Below are positions 36,253-49,900 of a DNA stretch of 64,000 bases, piece by piece. Made by a program: the position numbers and the translations under genes. The stretch lies in NCBI GenBank assembly GCA_000934665.2, contig KZ538511.1, positions 1-64,000 on the forward strand. The letters run 5' to 3'. Under the pieces are notes generated by a model, which was not told the DNA's origin, made no database searches, and saw only the letters and a list, made by a program, of their open reading frames with translations. Position 1 is the first letter of the stretch. Each line of letters starts with the position of its first letter. The stretch is from Catajapyx aquilonaris (Eukaryota).

Positions 36253-39200
36253 GCTGATAATATCTATATCTGGTAATTATTACTTCCGGCTGTCCCCGTC
36301 TGAAAAGCATTCATTTTACAAAAATCCTTGAACTCCAGAATGACAGTGAGATCAGGCTGCTTGATGAGCTGCATGATGTAATACGTCAAGCGTCTAACTT
36401 CAGAAGTCACGTCGGCTTACACATGTCAAAAAATCCTCCGCTTCCAGATTCGAACTTATTAGTCACAGAAATAAAAGTGAAATGAAATTTCACCGGATAA
36501 AAATATTTTTAGTACGGTATCACTTTTGTTGCCTCTGAAGTTGAACTATATAGCTCTGTGTCGTCAAAAGAGCGTATTACTATAACTAGGAAGCGACGGG
36601 GAAGGAATTATACGGTAATCAGCTTACGGTTGGCAGATTAAGCAGCTAGGAAAATTAACATGGTCCTGGTGAACTGAAGCTTGTGGTTGCTTTGACAATA
36701 TGCTAAGCCGACAGTGAGTTGAATATACTAAAATAATGATGTAAATGGTGTGGTGTAAGTAATATCTAACTGAGTAGCATATTAGTTATGACAGGACAGC
36801 CACAATGATGACGCTGTAGGGTGTTTCATAATTTTCTTCAAAAAGCTAAATTGGTTGATACTTTATGAAAACACTGTCAGTTTTAAAATGCCTCCATGGC
36901 ATGTTATAGCCAACGTAACGGTGGTCAGTTTCTATTGGGTAAATATTGATGAACTGGCACGATTATCTATAGTTATTATAGCCATGGACATTACGTGCAA
37001 ATATTTTCGGGGGGGGATTCCAACCAGCTTGCAACATCGCTATGGGCTTATAAAGTCCGGCATAGTCAGCTCCCGGTATCACGCAGTTCATCACCACTAA
37101 AAACTCAATTTTGCTCAGAGCTTGAATATAAGCGATAACCGCACACACCGTGCGATGAAGCTTAGGCCACTGTGTCAGTGACTGCAATTTTCAAATAACA
37201 TACTTCCTATATGTTTTTTCGACACTTCAGCTTTATTGAGCCCTACATTCATTAAAAACACATCCTCTTTAAGTCAGGTTGTCAGTAAGATCTGTGGACC
37301 TACATTGGCGACAGTAGACCGCTTAGCCCCAATTCCTTCAGAGCAGCCATCTTCTCGAGTGAATCTGAATGCTGGCGGATATCCCCCTGCAGGCAAAGTC
37401 CTAACCCGAACGACAACGACCGTCGATAACCTCCCTGGTGCTCGATTATCTTCCCTCGACAACCTTCTCTAGTACTCCCCTCAGGTACAGAGGCGCAACG
37501 AGGTGATAAGCGACCCCCCACCATCGCCCCATTTCATCTTCGCTCAGCTCAGACTGCATTGTCGCAACTCGGCGTTTATCCTCCGAACTTTTGTTCGACC
37601 CACTATCTTTTTCTATGGGATAAGTGTAGGAATATGGGAATTGCCTGCTGAAGATATTACGACCCCGATGTTGGTGCTAGTTTCATCGCCATCTGTCTCG
37701 AGATGCTTTGTGTGGCATATAATTTAAGGACAAGTAAAATATTTCAGCCTTTTATTCGCAGGTGAAGTGATTATGATGGCTTGAATTCCAGGTTGCGAAA
37801 GTGAAGTCCTGGCATTTCAAGCTGATTGCCTAATTATTTTTGGGTAATTAAGGCAGTGTGAAGGAGAATTTTCTTCCGTTTAAATATGCTTCTCTGAATA
37901 TGAAAGTATGAAACCAGTGAATTTTTTGGTGACAACTATGGCCTCGAAGGCGATGACCTAGAGGGGTCAGTTACAATGCAAATCTAATTAGTTGTGTAAA
38001 TTCCGACAACTGTACAGTAATACGGAAGAGATTCACTTCCCTTCTCGAGATGTTGACAGCCTAGTAATTGAATCCTGTTATTTATATCAGAAAAAGGAAG
38101 GGTGCAAGCTAATCTATGTTGGTGTAGGTCATTAATTTCCGGATATACTACTTTTCTTCTTAGAAAATGGCGTTCTCGAGAAGAGTCGTGGCTCCAAAGT
38201 GTTTAGAGCATTATAAATATACACTATAGTTGTTTGGCTCTCGACAGGAAGTGAGCTGTTAAATTCCTCTTCGGAAGTCCTTTCTTCTGGAAAATTATAC
38301 CCTTCAAAATCGGTGTTATGAGCCTCTGAGTTTGTTTACAAATGTGGGAGGAAGTGGGCCAAGATTTCATTTCAAGTCCGTTTTTTTGCCAACCCTTAAG
38401 TAGGAGGCCAAACACTCAAAGTAACGAACCCTTGTCAGGGTTACTCACTTTCGATTTCCACTCCCACAAGACGGATGATGTGGAAATGGACCAAAGTCTT
38501 TAACCTTATATTGTTAGCCTGACCTTTACGCTTCATTTGCTTCGAATCCTGTCCATATATTACGTAAATCTGTTTCAAACCAATCTTTCACCAAAAACCT
38601 ACATTATGGTGATCTTCTTAAGCTACAAGTGTGTTCTAAAGATCTAAGCTCAGAATATTTCCGTAACTGCTCCCATAAATCGCTTCTCTATGGAAAGAAG
38701 CCTCTGTCATCCCTGAAGATAAAACCGAGTATTGTCCTCAAAAGCCTCTGGAATTTGTCACAGCTTTTTTTCCATCAAGTTTACAACCCTAGGGATTCCC
38801 AGCTTCTTTTGGACCGGATATTAAAAAGAAGGTTGGATTCGATTGGACTACTATCGTGATTCGCAAGTGTTTCTCTTTTGACTCTGTGGGCCGAGGTGAT
38901 ATTAAAGCGAAAGACGGGCGGTCCGCACGCAGATGGTACCAGCCCTCCAGGGGCTTTTGGGAGCATTCTCAAGAAGGTCGTAGAAAAGTTGCTTGGGATG
39001 TTGTGGTCGTATAGTTGTAACAAAAAAAAACAAAAACAGGGAGGTCTCTGCAGTGCCGGAAAGTGCCTCAAAAGCAAAGCAGCTACATTTGCTGCCTCGG
39101 CTGGCAGCATCGATCGTAAGAGATAAGCCGGCAGCCCCATTGTTGTTTTCTTCAACATTGAACCACATCACACTATGGCCTAACCTTTATTTTCTAGCAA

Positions 39201-39271
39201 GCTGGGAAGGAAGCCATTATGGAAGCACGCAATTTATTAACGACCGTTTTGGATATAGGTTGTTCATGCTA

Positions 39272-39390
39272 CAAGGTGTACCAGTATACGAGTATACCAA
39301 GGTGTACCCGTATACGAGTATACCAAGGTGTACCCGTATACGAGTATACCAAGGTGTACCACTATACGAGTATACCAGTATACGAGATAC
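39272..39390. repeat. 26-bp minisatellite, about 4.5 copies
   Basis: caaggtgtacc(c/a)gtatacgagtatac repeated in tandem. Confidence 0.95.
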
Positions 39391-40417
39391 GTATAGCTGA
39401 TAAATGACACCGAAAAAATAATTGGAGGTTTTACTTTACGAAGAATAGTGGTCCTCTCACGTAATCTAGGATGGGAGCTGGGCAAACAGAAAAGAAATCC
39501 AGCCACCCTTTAATGGGAGTGAGTCTTCGGGAGACAAACACAAGTGTCTAGAGTAAGATAGCGACCAAGACGTGATGTGAGAACCCAACTGCCATCCACG
39601 AAAAAGAGCTGCTCGCTAGGGATTTATGGCTCAAAAAAGGGCATGTATTTTTCTTCTAGAGCAAACCATGTTATATTCGTTCTTGCTTTCAACGCCAGTG
39701 CTCGGACGGACATATGTTCGTTCCCCCATTGTTGCTGGGGCTGCAATTAGTGGAATAGTCATTTCACGGCGAATCGGATTTGCGGCGTGGTTTGAATGGG
39801 ATGACATTCATAACACCGATCCGGATCGAACACACCAGTTTTCTGACCGAAAGCGAACGTTATTCCAGTTTTTTTATGCGCTCGCAAATAATTAGGCGCG
39901 AAATGTTTCCCATGCAATAATTGACAGAAATTAAGATGAGAGATAGCTGCAGGTGTCGAGGTCGTAATAACGTCCCATTAATAATTTCAGCGTTTTTCCA
40001 CAACCAAATTCATAGCGACTTGATGAGTCTGGAGCTTAAATTTTTGTTGGTCCTGAGGTTAGTTGGAAATGCTGGAATTATACCGTAGATAAGGAAAGGA
40101 GGAGCATAAAATGGCGGTGAAATGTCCCAGATGCGGGCCTGGATGCTCCGAAAGGAGGAAGAAAGAGATAGAGAGGAAAAAAGGGGGTCAACTGCCTTCC
40201 AGAAGCGCCATGAAACCCGAAACCAAGGATTGGGAAACGGAACGTCCGGAGAGTGGCGTGTGCGGAAAACTTCATTTCCGACTCTTGTTTTCTCGACGAT
40301 GAGAATTTTCGCTTCAATTTGCACTCGGCTTGACCCCAAAAACACGACTCCTCTATATAGGCACGTGGACAAACATTATTTCAAAAAGTTCTTCAACTAC
40401 TATTTTAAAAAACCCCG

Positions 40418-40480
40418 CCGTTAACAGCCACAAGAAGACCGTTAACGGCCACAAATAAACCGTTAACGGTCAAAAAAAAA
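40418..40480. repeat. 21-bp tandem repeat x3 (possible transposon subterminal repeats)
   Basis: ccgttaac(a/g)gccaca...-like units at 40418, 40439 and 40460. Confidence 0.75.
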
Positions 40481-43111
40481 TTAAAACGATGCACTTAGGC
40501 AATGAATTTATGTTCCGACCTTTTTAAGCCAAAATTCTACCACATGAAACATGCGTCACAAACCAACGTAGGTTTACGAGCTAGATAGCGGACGCTCGGC
40601 ATTACAGAGGCCTCAAATTGATCAAATGGAGTTTCAAAGGACAATGCAATTTTTTTTTCAACGGTGCGAATCAGCAGCAGGACAATGGCTTCCCCAAAAA
40701 GGGGGACTAATAAAATTTTTGAACAGATTCAAAGCATTTTTATGCTGCTCGATTATCTCCACATTTAAACTCTTTGATCTCCTTCGGAAAGTATGCTTGT
40801 CATACATATGGAACCTTGATCCTCTTTACACAGTGGGATGAATAATCTACCATTTAACTCAGAAAAAAACGTTCTCAGGAGATATCCATTCCCTGTGCCA
40901 ACGGCTACAGAGCTCAGAAAAACGAGAAGTGTTCCCTAGAATTTTGCCCAGTGTTCAACTGTCATGTGGAGGAAATGGAGTCTTTTGGGAGTTATTGGAC
41001 CGCATAGAAATGGCGCGGGAACGAGTGCAAAGGGCTCCAGGCGAATCGGTTAACCAATATAGAAAGGACTGGTTTTCGGAAATGGGTGCCATGTGATAGG
41101 TAGTCATAGGGACCCGTGCTTGGTGTTCTACCTCGTGATGACGAGCGGACTCCATTCAGGAAGTTCTCCTCTTCCCAGGATTCAGATTGCCAGTTGGCAT
41201 AAATAGGATTCCGAACCTGCAATTGTTTCTTTACACCTTTTGTTGGACTTCCTTTTCAAATTCGGATTGCCCTTTTTGGCCCACTTTATAAAACCGAACT
41301 TGTTAGTGTCGCAATGCGCGAGGAAAATCTTGGCAAAGTGGACTGAGAGTTTGCTCCGGTTCGCTGCATTCCAAGTGCTACATCCATTAATTTTGTACCA
41401 GTCTATCATTAATCTTGCTAAAAATCAAGGAATTGACAATATGATTTACCAACTTGTAGTTTATGATCCAACTTGCAATTTTCTTGTTTTCAATAGTGCA
41501 GAAACAGCTGTAGTTTACTGCAGTAGTGCATTTGGAGGAATAAGCAAGGGGGCAGTCCAGGCATTCCAGAAGGCGACCCACAAAAGAAGTTGATGGAGCA
41601 TTAATTTAGGCCTGTCTTGCTGGAGGAATGCGGCGCAATTTGGGGGCACCGCCATGATACTTGCGTCATTATCTTCTCCCCAGTTTTGGCTGAATCCTAT
41701 TTCTCCTTTTGTATGGTTTCTCCAACTTCAGCTGATTTAATTAATCCTGATTAATAGAAGAGTTGCGGCCTGCCACCCGCAGATCCAATTCCCTTTATTG
41801 CCAACTATAATACCGGACTTCTCAACTCCTTACAATATCGGTTTTATCGTAGGAACGGTGTGGCATTAAAACTAAACGTTTTCGGTTCATTTGCACTGGG
41901 AGTGCATTATTTATTTCTGTGAATCTATTAGGATGAATGAAGAATGGGCCATATTTTTCAGTGCCAGTGGCACTAGAAATGATTTGTCGATTGCATAATT
42001 TTCAGCAACTTCGCTGATTTTCACTTCCGGCATATTTCCTGCAACGTGCTCCATACAATGACATGCTTTTTTTTGTGCTGTACGGACCACTGAGGGTTCA
42101 CTGACCGTGTAAAGTCTTGCGGTGGACACATCGGTAAGAGGTTCTGAAACCAGCCCACGCCCACATCTCGAGGCAAATCCCTTGAGGCCGAAGTCACCGA
42201 AATGGAAAGCAATTCCGGGCTTCAAATGTCCCTTCAGCAGCAGCAGCACCCTCTCACATCCTCCCCATCTCCACCCACCCCATCCCAAACAGCCCCTCCA
42301 CCAAATCTGGCCACCAATTCGTTCTATTGCACATACCAGTGGTCATCGTAGCATCTATTTTTCTATTTTCACGTATGTTTCTCTCCGGAGCTATTCAATT
42401 TTGCTGACTTGAAACATCAGCTGGTATGAATAATTTGTTCCGGCAGACATCAAAACACGTACCATATTACTCACTAAAATTGTTTTTCCCAGTGCATCCC
42501 CACAGATGCGGGACATTTTTAACGGCCAGATTTGTCCACGGTGCAAAAAATCTGGCATTTTGCTCACGTCCGAGGTATCACGTCTGTCACGCCGTTTCAT
42601 TTTGGCAGCAGGCAAGGATTTATCGAAAGAAGTTTTCTGGAGGCTGATATCTGCACAGTCGGTGCCCCCGCGGTTGGTTGGTCCTCTTAACACCTGTCCG
42701 CTGCACCTGTACCAATTTTGTCCCACTATACTCCCTGTCCTACTAGTTTGGACGGAGACAGAGATCAAGGAAAATAAAAGAGGAAAAGCCGAAATTCAGT
42801 TCCATGAGATGTCCCTTGCACGGCTTCACCGTTTTCTCTTGGGGGCTTATGCGGCAAATCCCTATCCAATCAGTCTTTTGTTACTCCGGTTCCGCCATTG
42901 AGAAGAGTGGAATGCGAGTTGGCAGAAGACTACCAAGTCCTAGTCGATAATGCAGTGGACCATGCTAAACGGGACACTTCGCGACGTTTGGCTGTGTCGT
43001 ATATACAGAATCAAAAAGGGTACACCGGGTGATGACTTAAATAATAATGAAATTAATACGGCACTAAACACCTCAAACGGGAGTGAAATTATCTCTGCAT
43101 GAAATTTACAC

Positions 43112-43411
43112 ACTAACAAGGGAATGACCAAGGGCGGTCGCCTCCGATTTGGCTGAAATTTGCATGGTGGGTCAATCATGTGCCATAAACACAGTGGTGA
43201 AAGTCCTAAAGGGCAATGTTCAGCCGTTTCCGAGATATGAGCGACAGTGCATCCGAAATTCGGATGAATTGTCGCATATCTCGGAAACGGCTGAACATTG
43301 CCATTTAGGACTTTCACCACTGTGTTTATGGCACATGATTGACCCCCTCATGAAAGATTCCGCCAAATCGGAGGCGACCACCCTTGGTCCATTGTCCATT
43401 CCCTTGTCAGT
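43112..43411. mobile_element. ~300-bp near-perfect palindromic (fold-back) MITE
   Basis: The arm acaagggaatgaccaagggcggtcgcctccgatttggc...gggtcaatcatgtgccataaacacagtggtgaaagtcctaaa.ggcaatgttcagccgtttccgagatatg is mirrored around about 43258. Confidence 0.85.
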
Positions 43412-46400
43412 ATGTTACTTAACAGTTTGCACATGTGAAAGGCAGCAGATGTGTGTTAACATTCCTAACCAATAGTTGAACAAATGTGGCATAGGGCAGA
43501 CCTGAGCCTGAAAGTGATATAGCGTAGGTTATTAAAGTACTGTATATGCACGTGCAACCTGAGACACGCAATGTACCGTTTGTAATGAAGAAAAAAACTG
43601 TTATTGTTACCTGCAGTAATATCATGCGGCACACCTACCCGTGCGTAAATTTTGCACATCCATGTTATTATGCTGCGAGTGAAAGTTACAGTGCGCCAGA
43701 AAAACCTCATTTCCTCTCAGCATATTATTTTTCATCTGGACCATTTTTGCTCGTCATAATATTGTAGTTCTTCGTCTGGAATAATATGTCGTTTGATCAC
43801 ACTCCGACGAATCATTTCACTGTCACATAGATGACACCAGGTATGATATTTTACAGAACTGTAAATGCCATAGATGACAATTTTTAAAAAATTGGCCGTC
43901 ACCCCACTTTCTACGTCCTTACGTAATAGACTATAGTCTACAGCTGCTATTGTTCATACCGACAAAAAATTGTTAAAGCGCACGTTACCCAAGACCATAA
44001 TTATGTCTGACGCCCAGACTTTGATTTATTCTCCTGCTTGGTCTCCAACCGCCATTCTTTTGCAGTGCCGAGTCTTAATGATCTTGTCGCAAATTTGAAG
44101 AACAGTTTATCTTAATTTTTGAGATACTGCGGGTACATCCTTTGTTACACACTTTTGAAGAACGAGTCTAATCTGCATTCAGCAGAGAAGAAGGCAGACG
44201 CAAATTGGTGCAATTACTTCCAAACAAATGAAACAAAAAAAAATATTGTGGCTGAGAGACACGTAGATGGCAACATCATCGCAGATTCTAGCGTCAAACG
44301 GAGTCAATCACGAAAGTTTAGATTAATTGCAAATGGCTGAGGAAAGGCAATCACCCTTTTTGCTCTTAACTCTCCTTCCAAAATTCACAGATCGAAGTTG
44401 CAAATTTCCGTACTTCTCCCCACACTCCACCCAAGCTTCTTTCCACCTGGTAACACGACAGCGCAAAATGTCGGCAAAAGAAATATCGTCTGAAATTTTG
44501 TGGGAGAGAACTGCCGGAGAGAGGCAGAAATGGAAAGGGTGAAATCAATAAGATCGCGGATCCGTGAAATATACATTCTCAAAGTGCTTTCTCAATCTAG
44601 AGAGAGAGAGCTTGGAAACAAACCGACAAGAGAGAAACTTTCGCTCTATGGCAAACAGCACTGGCAATTTCACGCTAACATTAAGGCTGGAATTGACGGT
44701 TGTGCTATTAATCAGACGAATGTTCCGAGTCGATGAATGCTACTTACTAAATGTGCTGCCAAAAGTAATTTTGGCTTACGAGGTCATATGACTATGATTG
44801 TCGCCATTGTTCAAACAGCAGGTTATTAGCCAGATTTAGATGTCATTTGCAGCTATTTACAGAGTTCGGATGTGTGTATTTCTGATGTGTCTTTAAGAGA
44901 ACGGTCATTAACAGTACAGTCTGTATAGCACCATATCAAATATTAAGAATCGCCTTTGATACCATAAAATCAAAGGAACTCTTGAACAGAATATCTAACT
45001 GGCCTTTATCATAGCCTTGTAATTGCTTGTTACGTTAAAAAATCGAACAAAAAACCTCTCATTAAATTGGGAGCTCCGATTTCCATAATTTCTTCCAGTT
45101 ATCAAAGCAGAACGTGCTTACATATATCATTTCATGACGTAAGCATCAGTTCCGCAAGGCAAAGACTTACAGAATTGGAATCTGATGTTCATCAAACTCT
45201 AAAACCTCATCACCTCTGGAAACTGTACCCAAAATTATTTTTTTTCCTGTAAAAAGAAGGGGGCAACCCAACTTTCTCCATACCGGTTACATCATTCCGG
45301 ATATAGACAGATCGCTGCGTTTGATCGATGTGCTCGGTGATGGACCTTCTGATTCGATTACTTAGGCAGTCAAGTCAAACAGGAAGTGGGTCAGTTTGAT
45401 AGTGGACCTTTTTATGGGTAAAGTCACGAGGAAATGGAATCCCGGGAAGCAATAAACTATCGAAAACTGTATTCATAGCATGAAAATTGAGTTAACTTTT
45501 ACATGATTAAACAGTACATCATGTACCTATGCTAATCATCTGATGTTCCAGTTGTACAGCACAGTACTAGGCAACTTCTACCCAGCTATGAAACATTTCC
45601 AATAATAAAACTCATGTCGTTCGTTGGCCAGTCTGAGACGACGACAGTAAGAACAAATATGGCGGAGTGATGACAAAGTGATGCGTGACTTTTGCTGTCC
45701 CAAAGAGGTGTCTAGAACAAACGGAGAGAAGAGTGTGCTGGTTATATAGGACCTAAAACCCACCTGATGCTTCTTCCTCGCCTACACGCGATCTATCTCT
45801 GTCAATATTGATCATCAGGGTTAGTTAGTGGACGAGGACTATCTGCTTCTCCATTAGCTGCGGATGGACGCCTCTTTGGGACTAAAACCACAAACCTTTT
45901 AAAGACTTTAGGTTCGATACGGGACAGCAATTATTGGGTTTTTATTATTCAGGTGGCAATATTTGTTGAACACAGGTAGGTATGTGGAATATTCATGGGA
46001 TGCAATTTTGCGGATGATTAACAATGACGGATTGTTATTCGGGAACCGGATTTGTTGAATGTAAAGGCTATTATGATACATTTAACAGCTGATGGGATAC
46101 GGTTTTGTTTTTACGATGCGAATTTCATCATGTTTGATTAATTACCCCATCACATGTTTTCGACACTACATCTTGTTGTGTTGCATATTGATTTTTTTAT
46201 TAGCAAGGGTCTAATGCAGATTTGCTTCTTAGAATTTTGTAAATAGGCAACGTCTATAAAACATCGGATGAAGTACCGTACAAAAATGAGAACACTCCAG
46301 GTTCATCATGCAAAAAATATGAACAGTATAGGCCAAAGAAGTTTATTAAAACATTTTGTGAGTCTCTCTCTGAATAAGCAAATTATTGTTGTCAGAAGCG

Positions 46401-46840
46401 ACTTTTCCATTTTGGCCTATGTCTCTTAGTGTGCTTCCGACTGTTCACAGAAAGCCCTGAGAGCTTGTCAGCTTGACATTCACATTCTGATGCAAATTAG
46501 AAACATCGTCGTTGTACTTCCAGTTCCTCCAGATGCTTATGAAGGAAAAATCTCTACAAACTTTTGAGTAACAAGTCTTAGAGGCTGGAAAATGAGATAT
46601 TTACTACCCGGCTACAAAGTAGTAGCCTCATCTGAGGATGTGTATTTAACAAGACTGCAATTTCTGGCAATTTCACTGCACGTTGTTAGAGTCTGCTTTC
46701 ATGATTTTAAAGTACCCTCCCGTACACATTTTAAAATAATAAGATGTAAGTTACATTGATGCTGCTTAATACACCTATAATAAGTGGGTAGTAGTTAGCT
46801 CCAGGGACAGAAAAATTTCTAATATTGTAACAGTTTTGAT

Positions 46841-46902
46841 GAGTTCTCTCCATGTTGGCGTAAGTTTTCTCGGGATGCTCCTGTTTCCTCCCACATTCAA
46901 AA
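46841..46902 (+). mobile_element. SINE fragment with a V-domain-like central motif
   Basis: gttttctcgggatgctcctgtttcctcccacattcaaa resembles the conserved SINE motif GGGTTTTCTCCGGGTACTCCGGTTTCCTCCCAC. Confidence 0.5.
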
Positions 46903-49900
46903 TGTATCCCCAGTGCAGTGATTAATTAAGTCCCTAGAAATATAATCTTGGTACAAAGCAGATTATGGGTCTGCGATAGGCAAAATTTTAGCGAAATAGG
47001 ATTTGCGCTTCGCATTACCGTCTTTAAGAGCCTTACCTGTAGAGAATAATGTCCTAAATTTATTTCTCCATATCTTCTTCACTATCATAGTATCATCCAT
47101 TATGCAATGGCTATTTCAAGGGGTATTACGGTTATTAAAGAGTTCCATATGGACGGCACTGAGACTAACCGGAGCTAATCCTTTAACGGAGATATCAAGA
47201 TTACAAGGGCCTTAACCTTGTCACATTATGGATAGTATCTATAGAGACATGACCGAATAGCTCATTTCCTATTAATAAAAGAATGTGATTATGCAACATT
47301 CGCTGTGACATCGTACAATAACTATGATAGGTTTCCTTACTTAGCAATCGGTATAACCAAACAACAACCACGGTAATCCCAACATCAATTAAGAAAACCG
47401 CAGGTGCAATGCTCTCCTCCACATTTAAGTACCACATTTGCATAATTGATATCCGACACTCTAATCTGACATAATCCTTGCCACAAAAATATGGTAGTGT
47501 AAGTCATAGTTCTAACCGCCTGCACATGATTGGTATGGATCTGGGCTTAGCATAAGGTCACCATTATCCTCCTTTCTTCGGAACATGAAAGTGTAGGAGT
47601 CGTAAAACGGAAGCCGCAGCGGATCGTGACGTCCCAAGTCCATCGTTCCGTATGTGTCCCCTAAGAAGTCCCAGGAGTAGTTGGGGTTTAGGCTCGTAAA
47701 ATCCTCTTTCCTCTTCTTCCATGCCCTTGTTCTCTCCCATACTTTGCCCATGTCCTAACGGCCACCTCTTAATCAGACTTCATCTCCCGAGGCAATTAAA
47801 GCCAGACGCCTTTATCATCTTAAGCCACGCTCCATTGGGAGCCCTGCACGCCACTGACTACAACCCACGGGTGCTAGTGCAAGCCTATAAGATATTTATC
47901 AGTAGCAGTGTACAACGTGTCAACCGTTTTGACTTTAAGGCAAAAAAAATTTAAGTGCGGAAGGGAGGATTCATCGTAAGACAATGTGGCAGTGTAATGA
48001 ATCGCGGGGGTATTACTTTGTAGGCGGTAATTGTCCTGCATTCGGCCTTCGCTTTAACTGCGTTCATAAAATGGGATTTATTCTTCAGTTAATGCTGCAG
48101 CAAAATAATCCCGCACTATTAGACCTATGCTGCGAGCTTGCTTAGGTTTTCTGCGAAATGAGCTGATAACGTGCGTGATGTATGTGAAAAGTTTAGATAT
48201 AAGTAGAAGGTAATTTTTAATCCGCCTTCTGCACCACCATAATGAGACAGCCTGGGGATTATTATTCTGAATGACTGACGAATATTTAATGTTTATTACA
48301 TAACAAGACAGTGATACTTGAGTGCTCGTATATTCCATTGTCTGTAAGCTCAAAATGGATTCTATGGCAAAATTTTTGATATGAAAAGCCTTTTGAGCCA
48401 CCCTGAGCTGTGTGATAAAAGAATAATAGGAAGCGACGAAGTATCCTAGTACCTACAGTATCCCCCTACAGTATTACAGATTAATATCCGTGCAGTTACG
48501 AAATATAGATCCGGAGCTCTATCCCGCTGCGATTACGTAAAGATAAGTTTCCGGTACAGTTTTTCAGGCACACTTTCACCACCTGAAGCTGAAAAAATGT
48601 ACCGACCCAAGGCGAGTGATAGACCTGGTTTGCACTTATAACGACGACAAGTTTGCCAATTAGTGCCTGCTTCTGCTTCGTCTTGCGAGTGCAGATGAGG
48701 CAACAAGATGGATGACGTGTGAAGGAGAGGGGTCGGAGGCTCCTTGGCAACAACCCCTAAGCCTGAATGAATATCCATGATCCAATGATGCTGAGGTAGC
48801 GTCTGATAAAGGACGCTCTCAATAGATGGCACTATCTCAGCACATTTTTTCTGAATTGGGTAATATTTTACACTGTAATGTGTTGAAATATACACTGGAG
48901 GCAAGTTGCACAAGGATGATTATTTCCGAGTGAGCGGCTCACTCCACAGGTATTCCCGGAGTAGTCATTGCATCTTGTCCCCTGTCAACATGCAAATTTA
49001 AGCAGGGAACCTAAGGGGGATGCTCAATTTTCTGTTGCCTCTTAAGGGATGATTAAAACGGAGGCAGCAATATCTCTATATCCCGCGGGCACGTTTAGAA
49101 ATCAAAATGAAATTTCTTTTTTTGTAATATTCGGATGTCTCATGTAGATGAGGAGGCCAAATGCTCATATCAAAAATAGACCGGATATTTAGATTATTTT
49201 TACCTGACTTATTCGTAACCTGTGTGCGTACGGTTGACTGGCTCACTTTCATCTGAATGACCTTAATTGGATGGCGGATCATGTCCTGTTGCACACAACT
49301 GTACACAAGCATACATGTAGCTCACTGCTCATGATGGTAACAGGTTGCTGCATGAGACGGGTGAGGGGGAAGGCGGGCGTCCTCCAATAAATCATGCATG
49401 TTTAAACTATGATATTGCATTTTCATACCCATTCGTTCAATTCTAATTAGTTCCTATCGTTACTCAGAGACAGCAACATTGTTGTGCCTAGTAACAAGTT
49501 AGATCATTGGAGGACGGGAATTGATCATCCTGCACTATTGCATTGTGGGGCAATATGAAGAGAGCACAGAGAAGTCCCAAAATGAAGCTGCAATTTTTTT
49601 TTTTAAATTTTCGTATTTGGCTTATTTGCAATAACTGTCATGCCCCGTCATGCCCGAAGTCATGCCTATACCTCGTTTGATGAAATATAAAAATTCTTGA
49701 TCAATAATAAAGCCAGAGGGTTTGCCACAATGCCACCTAAATTTGAGGTTTAATGATAGGCCCCAATAATTACAGTATGCTGTAGTACACACAGTATATG
49801 TACCCATACTAACAGTATACTATGTGCTCTGAATAATTTGGTCCATAGATTATCTCACCCTATACGTCCTTCCAGTGACGTACATCTAAGATCACACGAG

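Noticed and set aside
39272..39390. Regular 26-bp repeats as a CRISPR-like array
   Set aside because: The repeats are head-to-tail with no unique spacers, in a eukaryotic context: a minisatellite.
47512..48913. Minus-strand ORFs (MGKVWERTRAWKKRK..., MDIHSGLG...) as a possible neuropeptide precursor or gene
   Set aside because: No signal peptide, no recognisable family and no convincing in-phase splice chain.
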